Positions 35,682 to 45,721 of a DNA stretch of 64,000 bases are shown piece after piece. Every line of letters begins with the position of its first letter. Position 1 is the first letter of the stretch. The position numbers and the translations under genes were made by a program. The stretch comes from Lachnospiraceae bacterium (GTDB lineage Bacteria > Bacillota > Clostridia > Lachnospirales > Lachnospiraceae), in contig SVFT01000002.1 in assembly GCA_015056735.1 (NCBI GenBank), forward strand, positions 100,432 through 164,431, written 5' to 3'. The notes below the pieces were generated by a model that was not told the origin of the DNA, ran no database searches, and saw only the letters and a list, made by a program, of their open reading frames with translations.

Positions 35682-35707
35682 GGGGATCGCATCGCGGTCC
35701 CCTTTTA
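35682..35707 (+). terminator. rho-independent terminator after fba
   Basis: GGGGATCGC-ATC-GCGGTCCCC followed by TTTTAT. Confidence 0.75.
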
Positions 35708-35756
35708 TCTTATGGGAAAATGTGCTACATTTCCCGTCTACCGTTTTAGGAGTTTT

Positions 35757-36230
35757 ATGGTTTCCATTCAGATTGAACATTTAAAAGGATTTATGGCGGA
35801 TCTTCTGACCGGCTCTGCTTTTGATATCTATGATGTGGAGGAGGTCACGATCACGACATTCAATACATTTCATATCGACGGACGGATCCGAAAGGAATTC
35901 TATTCGCGGGAAGAAGCGGAAGAGGAGGGTATCGGCCTTTTCTCCAAATGGAAAGACCTGCGTCCTGTGTGCTTCGACCTCATCAAAGGGAAAAAGGCGC
36001 CGCTCTCTTTTAAGATCGTGCTGCATCTTTGTGAAGAAGAGAAAAAGCGCCTGATTGAAGAAAACGACCTCACCTATATGGCGGAGAGTATCGGCAGTTT
36101 CGTTCTGACGCTTCGATATGAAAAAGGCACAGCCGAGGTGATCACCGGTTGCGCCATGAATACGTTTATTCCGGACAAGACGCCGGATCATGTATGGGAC
36201 CGCGTTGTGACGGCTAAGCTGTCACAATGA
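35757..36230 (+). CDS. conserved hypothetical protein (possibly DUF5721-like)
   Basis: ORF with a TAGGAG RBS before ATG 35757. The family assignment is from memory only. Confidence 0.45.
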   Translation: MVSIQIEHLKGFMADLLTGSAFDIYDVEEVTITTFNTFHIDGRIRKEFYSREEAEEEGIGLFSKWKDLRPVCFDLIKGKKAPLSFKIVLHLCEEEKKRLIEENDLTYMAESIGSFVLTLRYEKGTAEVITGCAMNTFIPDKTPDHVWDRVVTAKLSQ

Positions 36231-37050
36231 TGCCGCCGTCGTTCGCATACAGTGAACTTAAGCCGGCAGTGTCCTGGATTAGAATATCTCTGACATGTAC
36301 TTTCTTTAAGATCAGATCTTTCACCAATTCCGCCCGCTCGAAGCAGTTGCAGTGCGCGATCATAAAGCGCTTTTTCTCGGGCACCTTCGTATCATTGAGC
36401 AGCATATCGACCATTTTGGTCAACGCCTTCTTAATGCCGATACTCTGGCCTCTTTGCACGATCACACCATGATCGCCCATCATGATCGGCTTGATGGAGA
36501 GGGTCTGTGCGACCATCGCTTTGACCATGGACATACGACCGTTCTTGCGAAGCGTCTCCAGGTTATCGAGTACGAAATAAGTACTCATCTCGTCGCGGTA
36601 GCGCAGGAGCTCACTCTTGATCTCGTCGGCAGAAAGTTCCTGCTCTTCGAGTTCCATCGCATGCAGGCCGATCTGTGTCTCACCACAGCTGGCTGATTTG
36701 GAGTCAATCACAAAGATGTCTTTTTCACCGTATTCCTCTTCATAGAGCTTCTTGCCAAGGACGGCACTGTTGTAGCTTCCGGAGAGATGGGAAGAGAGCG
36801 TGATCACATAGATGCGATCCGCATCTGCCTTGTAAGCTTCCATATAGTCTTCCGGAGATGGGCATGCAGACTTTGCAACGCCGTCATAGGAAGCGATCCG
36901 TTTTAAGAAATCTTCCTGGTCGAAGTTTTCATCGTCACGGATCCTGTAGTCACCGATCTCTAAGAGGAGCGGTACATGTGAGAAGCGCTCATCGTTTTTA
37001 TATTTTGCGGGCAATTCGCCGCTGCTGTCCAGAATAATCTTATAACGCAA
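36214..37050 (-). CDS. DegV family fatty-acid-binding protein
   Basis: YKIILDSSGELP N-terminus and a DegV-like body (VITLSSHLSGSYNSA). The TTG start after AAGGTGA is inferred; the ORF is open to 37110. Confidence 0.8.
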   Translation of the reverse strand: MRYKIILDSSGELPAKYKNDERFSHVPLLLEIGDYRIRDDENFDQEDFLKRIASYDGVAKSACPSPEDYMEAYKADADRIYVITLSSHLSGSYNSAVLGKKLYEEEYGEKDIFVIDSKSASCGETQIGLHAMELEEQELSADEIKSELLRYRDEMSTYFVLDNLETLRKNGRMSMVKAMVAQTLSIKPIMMGDHGVIVQRGQSIGIKKALTKMVDMLLNDTKVPEKKRFMIAHCNCFERAELVKDLILKKVHVRDILIQDTAGLSSLYANDGGIIVTA

Positions 37051-37063
37051 ATCGTTCACCTTT

Positions 37064-37360
37064 TTACATGATCGTGATATGAAAGGGAGAAAAGAAATAA
37101 AGCCAGGCAAGGACGGCCGCTTCGATTAGGAAGATCGCCGGCATGCCATAAACGAAGTACCAGTGCCGTGTTTTGTGACGGAATGTATACATGCCGATGA
37201 TACAGCCAAGGCTGCCTCCGATCAGCGCTATGATAAAAAGCGTGTTTTCCGGAACACGAAAGGCACCACGTTTTGCTTTCCACTTGTCGATGCCCATAAG
37301 GCAAAAGCCGATCGCATTGACAAGGAGAAGATAGACGCCGAGTGTGACCAGTACGTTCAT
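37064..37360 (-). CDS. DUF1294 domain-containing membrane protein
   Basis: GIDKWKAKRGAFRVPENTLFIIALIGGSLGCIIGMYTFRHKTRH is the DUF1294 signature. ATG follows GGAGGACGAGG. Confidence 0.8.
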   Translation of the reverse strand: MNVLVTLGVYLLLVNAIGFCLMGIDKWKAKRGAFRVPENTLFIIALIGGSLGCIIGMYTFRHKTRHWYFVYGMPAIFLIEAAVLAWLYFFSPFHITIM

Positions 37361-37385
37361 AACCTCGTCCTCCCAGTAAAAAAAT

Positions 37386-37423
37386 AACAAAAAAACAGAC
37401 GCACGTCAAATAACGTGCGCCTG
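37386..37423 (-). terminator. rho-independent terminator after argG
   Basis: On the minus strand: CAGGCGCACGT-TATTTG-ACGTGCGTCTG followed by a T-run. Confidence 0.75.
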
Positions 37424-37480
37424 CTATTTTGAAGGAGACTATTTGCATGAAAGAATGCTTGCAGCATTTCTTCATGCTTC

Positions 37481-38704
37481 CTATTTGCTTAACTTACCGG
37501 CTTCCTGCATTTTCATGGCACGAACCTTGGAGGAAAGGCCAAAGAGATTGATGAAGCCTTCTGCGTCGTGATGATCGTAAAGATCGCCGGTCGTAAAGGA
37601 CGCGATGCTCTCATTGTAGAGAGAGTAAGGAGAAGTAGTGCCGGCTTTGATGATATTGCCTTTATAAAGCTTGAACTTTACTTCGCCCGTTACATACTGC
37701 TGTGTGGATTCGATGAATGCCTGGCAGGCCTCGCGAAGCGGTGTGAACCACTTTCCTTCGTATACGATCTGCGCAAGCTTGTTGCCCATCTCTTCCTTCT
37801 CGCGATAGGTATCGCGATCGAGGATCAGCTCTTCGAGCTGCTGGTGTGCTTCATATAAAATGGTGCCGCCCGGCGTCTCGTATACACCACGGCTCTTCAT
37901 GCCGACAACACGGTTCTCTACGATATCGATGATGCCGACACCGTGCTTGCCGCCGAGCTTGTTAAGCTCTGTGATGATCTCGGAGACTTTCATTTTCTTG
38001 CCGTTTAAGGAAACAGGCACACCTTTTTCAAACGTCATGGAAACGTATTCGCCCTCGTCCGGTGCCTTTTCGGGTGTCACACCGAGTACGAGAAGATGTT
38101 CATAGTTGGGTTCCTGTGCGGGATCTTCCAGTTCGAGGCCTTCGTGGCTGATGTGCCAGATGTTGCGGTCGCGGCTGTAGCTGGAATCTGCCGAGAAAGG
38201 CAGGTCGATACCGTGTGCTTTGCAGTAAGCGATCTCGCTCTCGCGGGAATCCATTGTCCACTTGTCATTACGCCATGCGGCGATGATCTTTATGTCCGGA
38301 GCAAGCGCCTTGATGCCGAGCTCAAAACGGATCTGGTCGTTGCCTTTGCCGGTCGCGCCGTGGCAGATCGCCGTAGCGCCTTCTTTTCTTGCGATTTCAA
38401 CGAGTTTCTTTGCGATCAGGGGACGTGCCATGGATGTACCGAGAAGATATTTGTTCTCGTATACGGCATGTGCCTGTACGCAGGGAACGATGTATTCATC
38501 ACAGAATTCGTCGATCACGTTCTCGATATATAATTTGGAAGCGCCGCAGAATTTTGCTCTTTCTTCCAAACCGTCCAGCTCTTCTCCCTGTCCGCAGTCG
38601 ACGCAGACGCAGATGACTTCATAATCGAAGTTCTCCTTGAGCCAGGGAATGATCGCGGTCGTGTCCAGACCGCCGGAATATGCCAAAATTACTTTTTCTT
38701 TCAT
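37481..38704 (-). CDS. argG: argininosuccinate synthase
   Basis: [16 protein letters not shown], then [22 protein letters not shown] before ATG 38704. Confidence 0.92.
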   Translation of the reverse strand: MKEKVILAYSGGLDTTAIIPWLKENFDYEVICVCVDCGQGEELDGLEERAKFCGASKLYIENVIDEFCDEYIVPCVQAHAVYENKYLLGTSMARPLIAKKLVEIARKEGATAICHGATGKGNDQIRFELGIKALAPDIKIIAAWRNDKWTMDSRESEIAYCKAHGIDLPFSADSSYSRDRNIWHISHEGLELEDPAQEPNYEHLLVLGVTPEKAPDEGEYVSMTFEKGVPVSLNGKKMKVSEIITELNKLGGKHGVGIIDIVENRVVGMKSRGVYETPGGTILYEAHQQLEELILDRDTYREKEEMGNKLAQIVYEGKWFTPLREACQAFIESTQQYVTGEVKFKLYKGNIIKAGTTSPYSLYNESIASFTTGDLYDHHDAEGFINLFGLSSKVRAMKMQEAGKLSK

Positions 38705-38751
38705 GTCTATGACCTCCTGTTGAACCCAATATACACTTTTCGTATTCATAA

Positions 38752-38840
38752 TGCAAGTATAAATATGCAGAAAAGTAAATGTTTGTGTATTTTATGCAAC
38801 CGATTATGTATAATATGCATTTTGATTGTATATTTATGCA
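38752..38840. promoter_or_regulatory. cluster of ARG-box-like palindromes in the argG/argC divergent control region
   Basis: TGCAAGTATAAATATGCA (38752-38769), TGTATTTTATGCA (38786-38798), TGTATAATATGCA (38807-38819), TGTATATTTATGCA (38827-38840). Confidence 0.55.
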
Positions 38841-38842
38841 CA

Positions 38843-38871
38843 TTGACACTGCACTTTTTCTCCATTATATT
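38843..38871 (+). promoter_or_regulatory. sigma-A type promoter of argC
   Basis: TTGACA, 17 nt spacer, TATATT. Confidence 0.6.
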
Positions 38872-38907
38872 TAATAAGTAGAATAGAACCGGATTAAAGG
38901 AGACGCT

Positions 38908-39963
38908 ATGATTCGAGTGGGAATTATCGGTGCGACAGGCTATGCCGGCGCCGAGATCGTAAGGCTTCTGTCCGTGCGCGATGATGTAAAGATCGTCTGG
39001 TACGGTTCCAAAAGCTATGTGGATCGGAAATTTGCAGACATCTATCTGAACTTTGTGAAGATCGTGGATGATGTCTGCATGGATGATAATATGGAAGAGC
39101 TTGCATCGCAGGTGGATGTGATCTTCACGGCAACGCCGCAGGGTTATCTTGCATCTTTATTAAATGAAGAGATCCTTGCAAAGGCGAAGGTGATCGACCT
39201 TTCGGCGGATTTTCGATTAAAAGACGTTGCCGTCTATGAGAAATGGTACGGTATCACGCATAAGGCACCTTCCTTTATAGAAGAAGCGGTCTACGGCCTT
39301 TGCGAAGTAAACCGTGAGAAGATCAAAAAGGCCCGTCTTGTCGCGAATCCCGGGTGCTATACCACCTGTTCGATTCTGACGGCGTATCCGCTCGTAAAGG
39401 AAGGCCTCATCGATCCGGACACCCTGATCGTGGATGCCAAGAGCGGTGTTTCCGGCGCGGGGCGCGGTGCGAAGACGCAGAATCTGTACTGCGAAGTGAA
39501 CGAAAGCATGAAACCGTACGGCGTCACAACACACAGACACACGCCTGAGATCGAAGAGCAGCTTGGCTACGCGGCGGGACGTGAGATCATGATCAATTTC
39601 ACACCGCATCTGGCGCCGATGAACCGCGGGATCCTTGCGACCGAGTACGCGACGCTGGTGAGAAAAGCGGACGGCTCCCTGCCGACTTATGATGAGGTGC
39701 GGGCCGCATACGAGAAATACTACGCAGATGAGAAATTCATCCGTATCCTGCCGAAGGATATTTTCCCCGAGACACGCTGGGTGGAAGGCAGCAATTATAC
39801 GGATATCAACTTCAAGATCGATGAGCGGACCGGCAGGATCGTGATGATGGGTGCGCTTGACAATCTGGTAAAGGGCGCCGCCGGACAGGCGATCCAGAAC
39901 ATGAATCTGATCATGGGCTGCCCTGAGGATGCGGGTCTTTCGATCGCGCCCGTTTTCCCTTAG
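38908..39963 (+). CDS. argC: N-acetyl-gamma-glutamyl-phosphate reductase
   Basis: IGATGYAGAEIVRLL and the active-site NPGCYTT. Confidence 0.92.
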   Translation: MIRVGIIGATGYAGAEIVRLLSVRDDVKIVWYGSKSYVDRKFADIYLNFVKIVDDVCMDDNMEELASQVDVIFTATPQGYLASLLNEEILAKAKVIDLSADFRLKDVAVYEKWYGITHKAPSFIEEAVYGLCEVNREKIKKARLVANPGCYTTCSILTAYPLVKEGLIDPDTLIVDAKSGVSGAGRGAKTQNLYCEVNESMKPYGVTTHRHTPEIEEQLGYAAGREIMINFTPHLAPMNRGILATEYATLVRKADGSLPTYDEVRAAYEKYYADEKFIRILPKDIFPETRWVEGSNYTDINFKIDERTGRIVMMGALDNLVKGAAGQAIQNMNLIMGCPEDAGLSIAPVFP

Positions 39964-40033
39964 AAACAGCGCTTAGGCGTTTCCTGAGACAAGATCGAAG
40001 ATCATATTCTATGGCCATAGAAAGAGACAACTT

Positions 40034-41755
40034 ATGTCAACTATAGACAAGCAAAGCGGCTTTATCAAGCAGGCGGGGATCCTCGCGGGGGCGGGGATCA
40101 TCTGCAGGATCATCGGGATCCTGTACCGGAGTCCCCTGACCGGTATCATCGGTGATGAAGGCAACGGCTATTACAGCTCCGCTTACAATATCTACACGAT
40201 CATTCTCCTTGTGAGCTCGTATAGCATTCCGGCGGCGATCTCCAAGGTGATTGCGGGCAAGCTGGCCCTTGAACAGTATAAAAATGCACATAAGACCTTC
40301 CGCGCGGCGCTCCTTTACGTGTGCGTTGTCGGCGGGATCGCAAGCCTTTTTACGTTTTTCGGGGCAGGACTTCTGGTACAGCACAATTCGGCGGCTGTGC
40401 TGCGGATCTTTGCGCCCACGATCTTTTTATCCGGGATCCTCGGTGTCCTCAGAGGTTATTTTCAGGCCCACGGCACCATGTTCCCGACTTCGATCTCCCA
40501 GATCGTAGAGCAGATCCTGAATGCGGCTGTTTCGATCGGTGCGGCGATCGGTTTTATCGCGTTGGCGGATGCATCATCCGATACGGAGCGCGCGATCTAC
40601 GGCGCTTCGGGAAGTGCACTCGGAACCGGATGCGGTGTTTTATCGGCGCTGCTTCTGATGTTCCTGATCTATACGCTCAATAAGCGGGGGATCTTAAGAC
40701 GCGCAGAGCGCGACAGACATACGGAAGAAGAAAGCTACGGGCAGATCTTCAAAGGGATCCTTGCGGTGGTGACACCTTTTATCTTAAGTACGTTCATTTA
40801 CAATCTGAGTACCTCTTTGAACCAGTCCGTTTATACATTTATCTCCTCCGAATTAAAAGGGATGGAGGAGGCTGCGATCGCGACAAACTACGGTATCTTT
40901 GCCGGCAAGGCTGTCGTGATCTCGAATATCCCGATCGCGCTTGCGGCGGCGATGTCTTCGGCGGTCATTCCGTCGATCGCATCCTCCTTTGCGCAGAAAG
41001 AGAAAAAGCAGGTGCGCCGCAAGATCAAAGATGCGATCCGCGTGACCATGCTGATCGCGATCCCGTCGGCAGCGGGGCTGATCGCGCTTGCAAGACCGGT
41101 CACGCAGCTGTTGTTTCCGCAGAAAGCATCACTCGATCAGGCATCGTTTCTCCTGATGGCACTTGGGATCTCTGTGATCTTCTACAGCCTCAGCACGCTC
41201 ACCAATGCCATCCTGCAGGGACTTGGCAAAGTCAATAAGCCTGTGATCAATGCCACGATCGCGCTTCTGATCCAGACCGTGATCCTGATCGCACTTCTGT
41301 TGTATACAGACCTGGGGCTCTATGCGCTGGCGATCTCCATGGTGATCTATTCCTTTTTGATGTGCGTATTAAACGGCGTCGACGTAAGGAGCGCTGTCCG
41401 CTATAAGCAGGAATACACGGCGACTTTTTTAAAGCCCCTCATGGCATCCGTTCTGATGGGCATGGCGGCATTCGGGATCTATGAAGGCGTTATGCTTTTG
41501 CTTCCCGGGATGGATGAGCGGATCGCAAACGTGATCTGCCTTGTCCCGGCACTGATTCTGGCAGGCATCATTTATTTTGCATCCGTGATGGCACTTGGCG
41601 GTGCTACGGAGAAGGACCTGATGCGTCTTCCGAAGGGAAGACTTCTCGTACAGATCGGCAGGCGATGCTACCTTCTTCGTGAGGAGCCCACACGCAAGTC
41701 AAAGAAAAAGAAAAGAAAGTTGGAAAGTGAAAATGATCCGGGAAATGACGATTGA
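40034..41755 (+). CDS. MOP-superfamily flippase (polysaccharide biosynthesis / SpoVB-MurJ-like)
   Basis: About 14 TM helices with a SpoVB-like N-terminus (FIKQAGILAGAGIICRIIGILYRSPLTGIIGDEGNGYY). Lys-rich C-terminal tail. Confidence 0.75.
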   Translation: MSTIDKQSGFIKQAGILAGAGIICRIIGILYRSPLTGIIGDEGNGYYSSAYNIYTIILLVSSYSIPAAISKVIAGKLALEQYKNAHKTFRAALLYVCVVGGIASLFTFFGAGLLVQHNSAAVLRIFAPTIFLSGILGVLRGYFQAHGTMFPTSISQIVEQILNAAVSIGAAIGFIALADASSDTERAIYGASGSALGTGCGVLSALLLMFLIYTLNKRGILRRAERDRHTEEESYGQIFKGILAVVTPFILSTFIYNLSTSLNQSVYTFISSELKGMEEAAIATNYGIFAGKAVVISNIPIALAAAMSSAVIPSIASSFAQKEKKQVRRKIKDAIRVTMLIAIPSAAGLIALARPVTQLLFPQKASLDQASFLLMALGISVIFYSLSTLTNAILQGLGKVNKPVINATIALLIQTVILIALLLYTDLGLYALAISMVIYSFLMCVLNGVDVRSAVRYKQEYTATFLKPLMASVLMGMAAFGIYEGVMLLLPGMDERIANVICLVPALILAGIIYFASVMALGGATEKDLMRLPKGRLLVQIGRRCYLLREEPTRKSKKKKRKLESENDPGNDD

Positions 41756-42176
41756 GGATTATGAAGAAGTGCATGCGCTCTGGATGACGATCAAGGGCTT
41801 CGCGATCAGAAGCATTGATGATTCCAGGGAGGGCGTAGCACGTTTTCTCAAAAGAAATCCGCATACGAGTGTTGTTGCGACAGAAGACGGCAAGGTCGTC
41901 GGTGCGATCCTGTGCGGACATGACGGCCGAAGAGGATGCATGTACCATGTGTGCGTTCACCGCGATTACAGACGAAGACGGATCGGTACGGAGATGGTGG
42001 TCTTTGCGATGGAGGCGCTTCGAAAGGAGCAGATCAGCAAGATCTCACTGATCGCATTTACCAAGAATGACATCGGCAATGCGTTCTGGAAGACGATCGG
42101 CTGGACCAGGCGGGAAGATCTCAATTATTACGACTTTACATTGAATAAGGAAAATATCGTTCGTTTTAACAGCTGA
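41733..42176 (+). CDS. GNAT family N-acetyltransferase (147 aa)
   Basis: VCVHRDYRRRRIGTEMV acetyl-CoA binding motif A. Overlaps the flippase gene end by 23 nt. Confidence 0.8.
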   Translation: MIREMTIEDYEEVHALWMTIKGFAIRSIDDSREGVARFLKRNPHTSVVATEDGKVVGAILCGHDGRRGCMYHVCVHRDYRRRRIGTEMVVFAMEALRKEQISKISLIAFTKNDIGNAFWKTIGWTRREDLNYYDFTLNKENIVRFNS

Positions 42177-42232
42177 CGCGAACAGGTTTACATAACAAAC
42201 AATCCGGCTTGACCGGGAAAGCGAGGACACAA

Positions 42233-43456
42233 ATGAAACAGATCGAAGGCGGCGTAACATCCCCGCAGGGATTTATGGCAGCAGCCGCAGAAGCGAATAT
42301 CAAATACAGGAACAGAACGGATATGGCGATGGTCTATTCCGAGACACCCTGCATCAGCGCAGGCGTTTATACGAGCAACGTGGTCAAAGCGGCGCCTGTC
42401 CTTTGGGATAAGGCGATCACAAAGTCCGGTCAGCCGGTGCATGCGATCGTCGTAAACTCCGGCATCGCAAACGCATGCACGGGGCAGCAGGGCCTCGACT
42501 ACTGCAGGGAGACGGCAGATGCGGCTTCAAAGGCGCTGTCCGTACCGGCAGACAGTGTTCTTGTCGCATCGACCGGGGTGATCGGTATGCAGCTTCCGAT
42601 GGATCGCATCGTGGGCGGTGTGGATCTTTTGAAAAAAGCGCTTGCCACGGGAAAAGAAGCAGGCGACCGGGCAGCGCGTGCGATCATGACGACGGATACC
42701 GTTCCCAAGCAGGTGGCGGTTGAGATCACACTCGGCGGCAGGACGGTTACGATCGGCGGCATGAGCAAGGGCTCGGGCATGATCCATCCCAATATGTGCA
42801 CGATGCTCGGTTTTGTAACGACTGATGCATGCATCTCCAAAGAACTTCTTCAGGAGATTGTCAGCACGGATGTGCAGGATACATTTAACATGATCTCCGT
42901 TGACGGGGATACTTCAACGAATGACACGCTTGTCGTTCTTGCAAACGGCCTTGCAGGCAATCCCATGATCAGTGAAAAGGGCGCGGACTATGAGACGTTC
43001 TTTGAAGCGTTCCATTTTGTCTGCGAGCGTCTTGCAAAGATGATGGCGGCAGACGGCGAGGGCGCAACGGCGCTCTTTGAGACCAGAGTGCTTCATGCGC
43101 CGAATAAGATGCAGGCCAAGATCCTGGCCAAATCCGTGATCTGCTCATCTCTTACAAAGGCGGCGATCTATGGGCACGATGCAAACTGGGGGCGCATTCT
43201 GTGTGCGCTCGGTTACAGCGGTGTATCGTTCGATCCCGACAAGGTTGACCTCTGGTTTGAAAGCAAGGCGGGTAAGATCCTGATCTTTACAAAAGGAAGC
43301 GCGGCGCCATACAGCGAAGAAGAGGCGACCAGGATCTTATCGGAGCCGGAAGTGACCGTGATCGCTGACATGAAGGCCGGCGATGCGGAAGCGACGGCCT
43401 GGGGCTGCGATCTGACATATGACTATGTAAAGATCAATGCGGATTACAGGTCGTAA
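42233..43456 (+). CDS. argJ: bifunctional ornithine acetyltransferase / N-acetylglutamate synthase
   Basis: GGVTSPQGF, MIHPNMCTMLGFVTTDA autoprocessing site, and C-terminal DYVKINADYRS. Confidence 0.92.
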   Translation: MKQIEGGVTSPQGFMAAAAEANIKYRNRTDMAMVYSETPCISAGVYTSNVVKAAPVLWDKAITKSGQPVHAIVVNSGIANACTGQQGLDYCRETADAASKALSVPADSVLVASTGVIGMQLPMDRIVGGVDLLKKALATGKEAGDRAARAIMTTDTVPKQVAVEITLGGRTVTIGGMSKGSGMIHPNMCTMLGFVTTDACISKELLQEIVSTDVQDTFNMISVDGDTSTNDTLVVLANGLAGNPMISEKGADYETFFEAFHFVCERLAKMMAADGEGATALFETRVLHAPNKMQAKILAKSVICSSLTKAAIYGHDANWGRILCALGYSGVSFDPDKVDLWFESKAGKILIFTKGSAAPYSEEEATRILSEPEVTVIADMKAGDAEATAWGCDLTYDYVKINADYRS

Positions 43457-43595
43457 GGAAAGACGGCTAGAGCCGTCTTCCCTTACGAGCCTCCGGCAGG
43501 ATCGCAGAAGATCACAGTGGAATGGCACTTAGTGCCTGCGATCTTCGCGTCGAAAATGCTCGGAGCATTTTCGTATTAGAAAGGATTGTGAAATA

Positions 43596-44486
43596 ATGAA
43601 AGATATCGATTTACAGAAGGTACTGCAGAAGGCAGAGGTCATGATCGAGGCGCTGCCTTATATACAGAAATTCAACAGAAGGATCGTGGTCGTCAAATAC
43701 GGCGGTTCCGCGATGAGCAACGAAGAACTGCAAAAGAACGTCATCAAGGATGTCACGCTTTTAAAGCTTGTAGGCTTCAAGCCGATCATCGTTCACGGCG
43801 GCGGCAAGGAGATCAGCAAATGGGTCGGCAAGGTCGGCAAGGAATCCACGTTTGTGGGCGGCCTTCGCGTGACTGATGAAGAGACGATGGAGATCGCCGA
43901 GATGGTGCTTTCCAAAGTCAACAAACGTCTCGTGACCATGGTGCAGGAGCTTGGCGTAAAAGCGGTCGGCATCAGCGGCAAGGACGGCGGTCTTTTTAAA
44001 GTAGAAAAGAAATATGCAGCGGACGGACAGGACATCGGCTATGTCGGTGAGATCACGTCGGTGGAGCCGCGCATCTTAACGGACCTTCTGGAAAAAGATT
44101 TCCTTCCGATCGTTGCACCGATCGGCCTGGATGATTCTTTTCACACATACAATATCAACGCGGATGACGCGGCCTGCGCTGTCGCAAAGGCGCTTCATGC
44201 GGAGAAGCTCGCGTTTCTGACGGATATAGAAGGCCTCTATCGTGATATCAATGACAAGTCTTCTTTCATCTCGCACATCACGGCCTCCGAAGCGGAAGCG
44301 CTCATTGAAGGCGGCATGATCGGCGGAGGGATGCTCCCGAAGCTGGAGAACTGCACATCAGCGATCAGAAGCGGCGTAAACAGGGTGCATATCTTAGACG
44401 GCAGGATCGCGCACAGCCTTCTGCTTGAGATCTTCACCAACGAAGGTATCGGTACCATGTTCCGGCCGGATGATGAGACGGCGTAG
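43596..44486 (+). CDS. argB: acetylglutamate kinase
   Basis: [16 protein letters not shown] and NINADDAA motifs. Confidence 0.92.
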   Translation: MKDIDLQKVLQKAEVMIEALPYIQKFNRRIVVVKYGGSAMSNEELQKNVIKDVTLLKLVGFKPIIVHGGGKEISKWVGKVGKESTFVGGLRVTDEETMEIAEMVLSKVNKRLVTMVQELGVKAVGISGKDGGLFKVEKKYAADGQDIGYVGEITSVEPRILTDLLEKDFLPIVAPIGLDDSFHTYNINADDAACAVAKALHAEKLAFLTDIEGLYRDINDKSSFISHITASEAEALIEGGMIGGGMLPKLENCTSAIRSGVNRVHILDGRIAHSLLLEIFTNEGIGTMFRPDDETA

Positions 44487-44515
44487 GATTTTGGATTCTT
44501 TTGGGAGATACGATC

Positions 44516-45712
44516 ATGATGAAACAATATATTGACGAAGCGGAGCAGGCACTGCTCCATACCTATAACCGCTATCAGGTGGTTTTTGATCACGGCGAAG
44601 GCGTGCATCTTTATGACATCGAAGGGAAGGAATATCTTGACTTCGTTGCCGGGATCGCGGTCTATGCCCTCGGCTATCATTACAGGGATTATGACGATGC
44701 ACTGAAGGCGCAGATCGACAAGATCATGCATACCTCCAACTACTACTATAATGTGCCTGCCATTGAGGCGGCAAAGAAGATCAAGAAGATCTCCGGCATG
44801 GACCGCGTGTTCTTTACAAACAGCGGTGCGGAAGCGATCGAGGGCGCGATCAAAGCGGCAAGAAAATACGCTTATTTAAAGGACGGCAGGACCGATCACG
44901 AGATCATCGCGATGAACCGCTCCTTCCACGGCCGTACGATGGGCGCACTTTCCGTGACCGGCAATCCGAAGTACCGCGAGGCGTTTGAACCGATGATCGG
45001 CAATATCCGATTTGCGGACATGAACGATCTTGATTCCGTGAAGGCATGTATTACAGACAAAACCTGTGCGATCCTCTTTGAGACGGTGCAGGGCGAGGGC
45101 GGTATCTATCCGGCCGATCCTGATTTTATCAAAGGTGTGCGTGCGCTCTGCGACGAAAAGGACATCTTGCTCATCTTAGATGAGATCCAGTGCGGCATGG
45201 GGCGCTGCGGCAGCTTCTATGCATGGCAGCAGTACGGCGTGAAGCCCGATATCATGACAAGTGCGAAGGCGCTTGGCGGCGGCGTTCCGGTCGGCGCGTT
45301 CATGATGACGGAAAAGGTGGGACAGCATTCGCTTGCGGCAGGTGACCACGGTACAACATACGGCGGCAATCCGCTCGCATGCTGCGCAGTCGCAAAGATG
45401 ATCGATCTGTTCGAGGAAAATGCGATCATCGACCATGTGAACAGAGTCGCTCCTTATCTTGCGAAAAAACTTGACGAACTTGTCGAAAAGTATGATTATA
45501 TTTCATGCAGGCGCGGACTCGGTCTGATGCAGGGACTCATCTGCAAGGGACCGGTCGGAGAGATCATTTCCGCAGCGCTTGAGAAGGGCCTTGTGCTGAT
45601 CAATGCGGGGACTGATATCATCCGCTTTGTTCCGCCGCTGGTCATTTCGGAAAAGGATATTGATGACATGGCTGTCATTTTGGATGCGGCCCTGTCTCAG
45701 TGCGTGAAATAG
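44516..45712 (+). CDS. argD: acetylornithine aminotransferase
   Basis: Class III aminotransferase motifs: FTNSGAEAIEGAIK, LDEIQCGMGRCG, TSAKALGGG (PLP Lys). Confidence 0.9.
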   Translation: MMKQYIDEAEQALLHTYNRYQVVFDHGEGVHLYDIEGKEYLDFVAGIAVYALGYHYRDYDDALKAQIDKIMHTSNYYYNVPAIEAAKKIKKISGMDRVFFTNSGAEAIEGAIKAARKYAYLKDGRTDHEIIAMNRSFHGRTMGALSVTGNPKYREAFEPMIGNIRFADMNDLDSVKACITDKTCAILFETVQGEGGIYPADPDFIKGVRALCDEKDILLILDEIQCGMGRCGSFYAWQQYGVKPDIMTSAKALGGGVPVGAFMMTEKVGQHSLAAGDHGTTYGGNPLACCAVAKMIDLFEENAIIDHVNRVAPYLAKKLDELVEKYDYISCRRGLGLMQGLICKGPVGEIISAALEKGLVLINAGTDIIRFVPPLVISEKDIDDMAVILDAALSQCVK

Positions 45713-45721
45713 GAGTATTTG

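Noticed and set aside
43480-43545. Possible fourth, internally deleted member of the palindrome family, based on GGCACTTAGTGCC.
   Set aside because: Only about 11 nt resemble the arm boxes. The conserved 35-nt apex and the terminal GGGCGCGGAGCTGTTTTG are absent. I treat it as an independent hairpin cluster.
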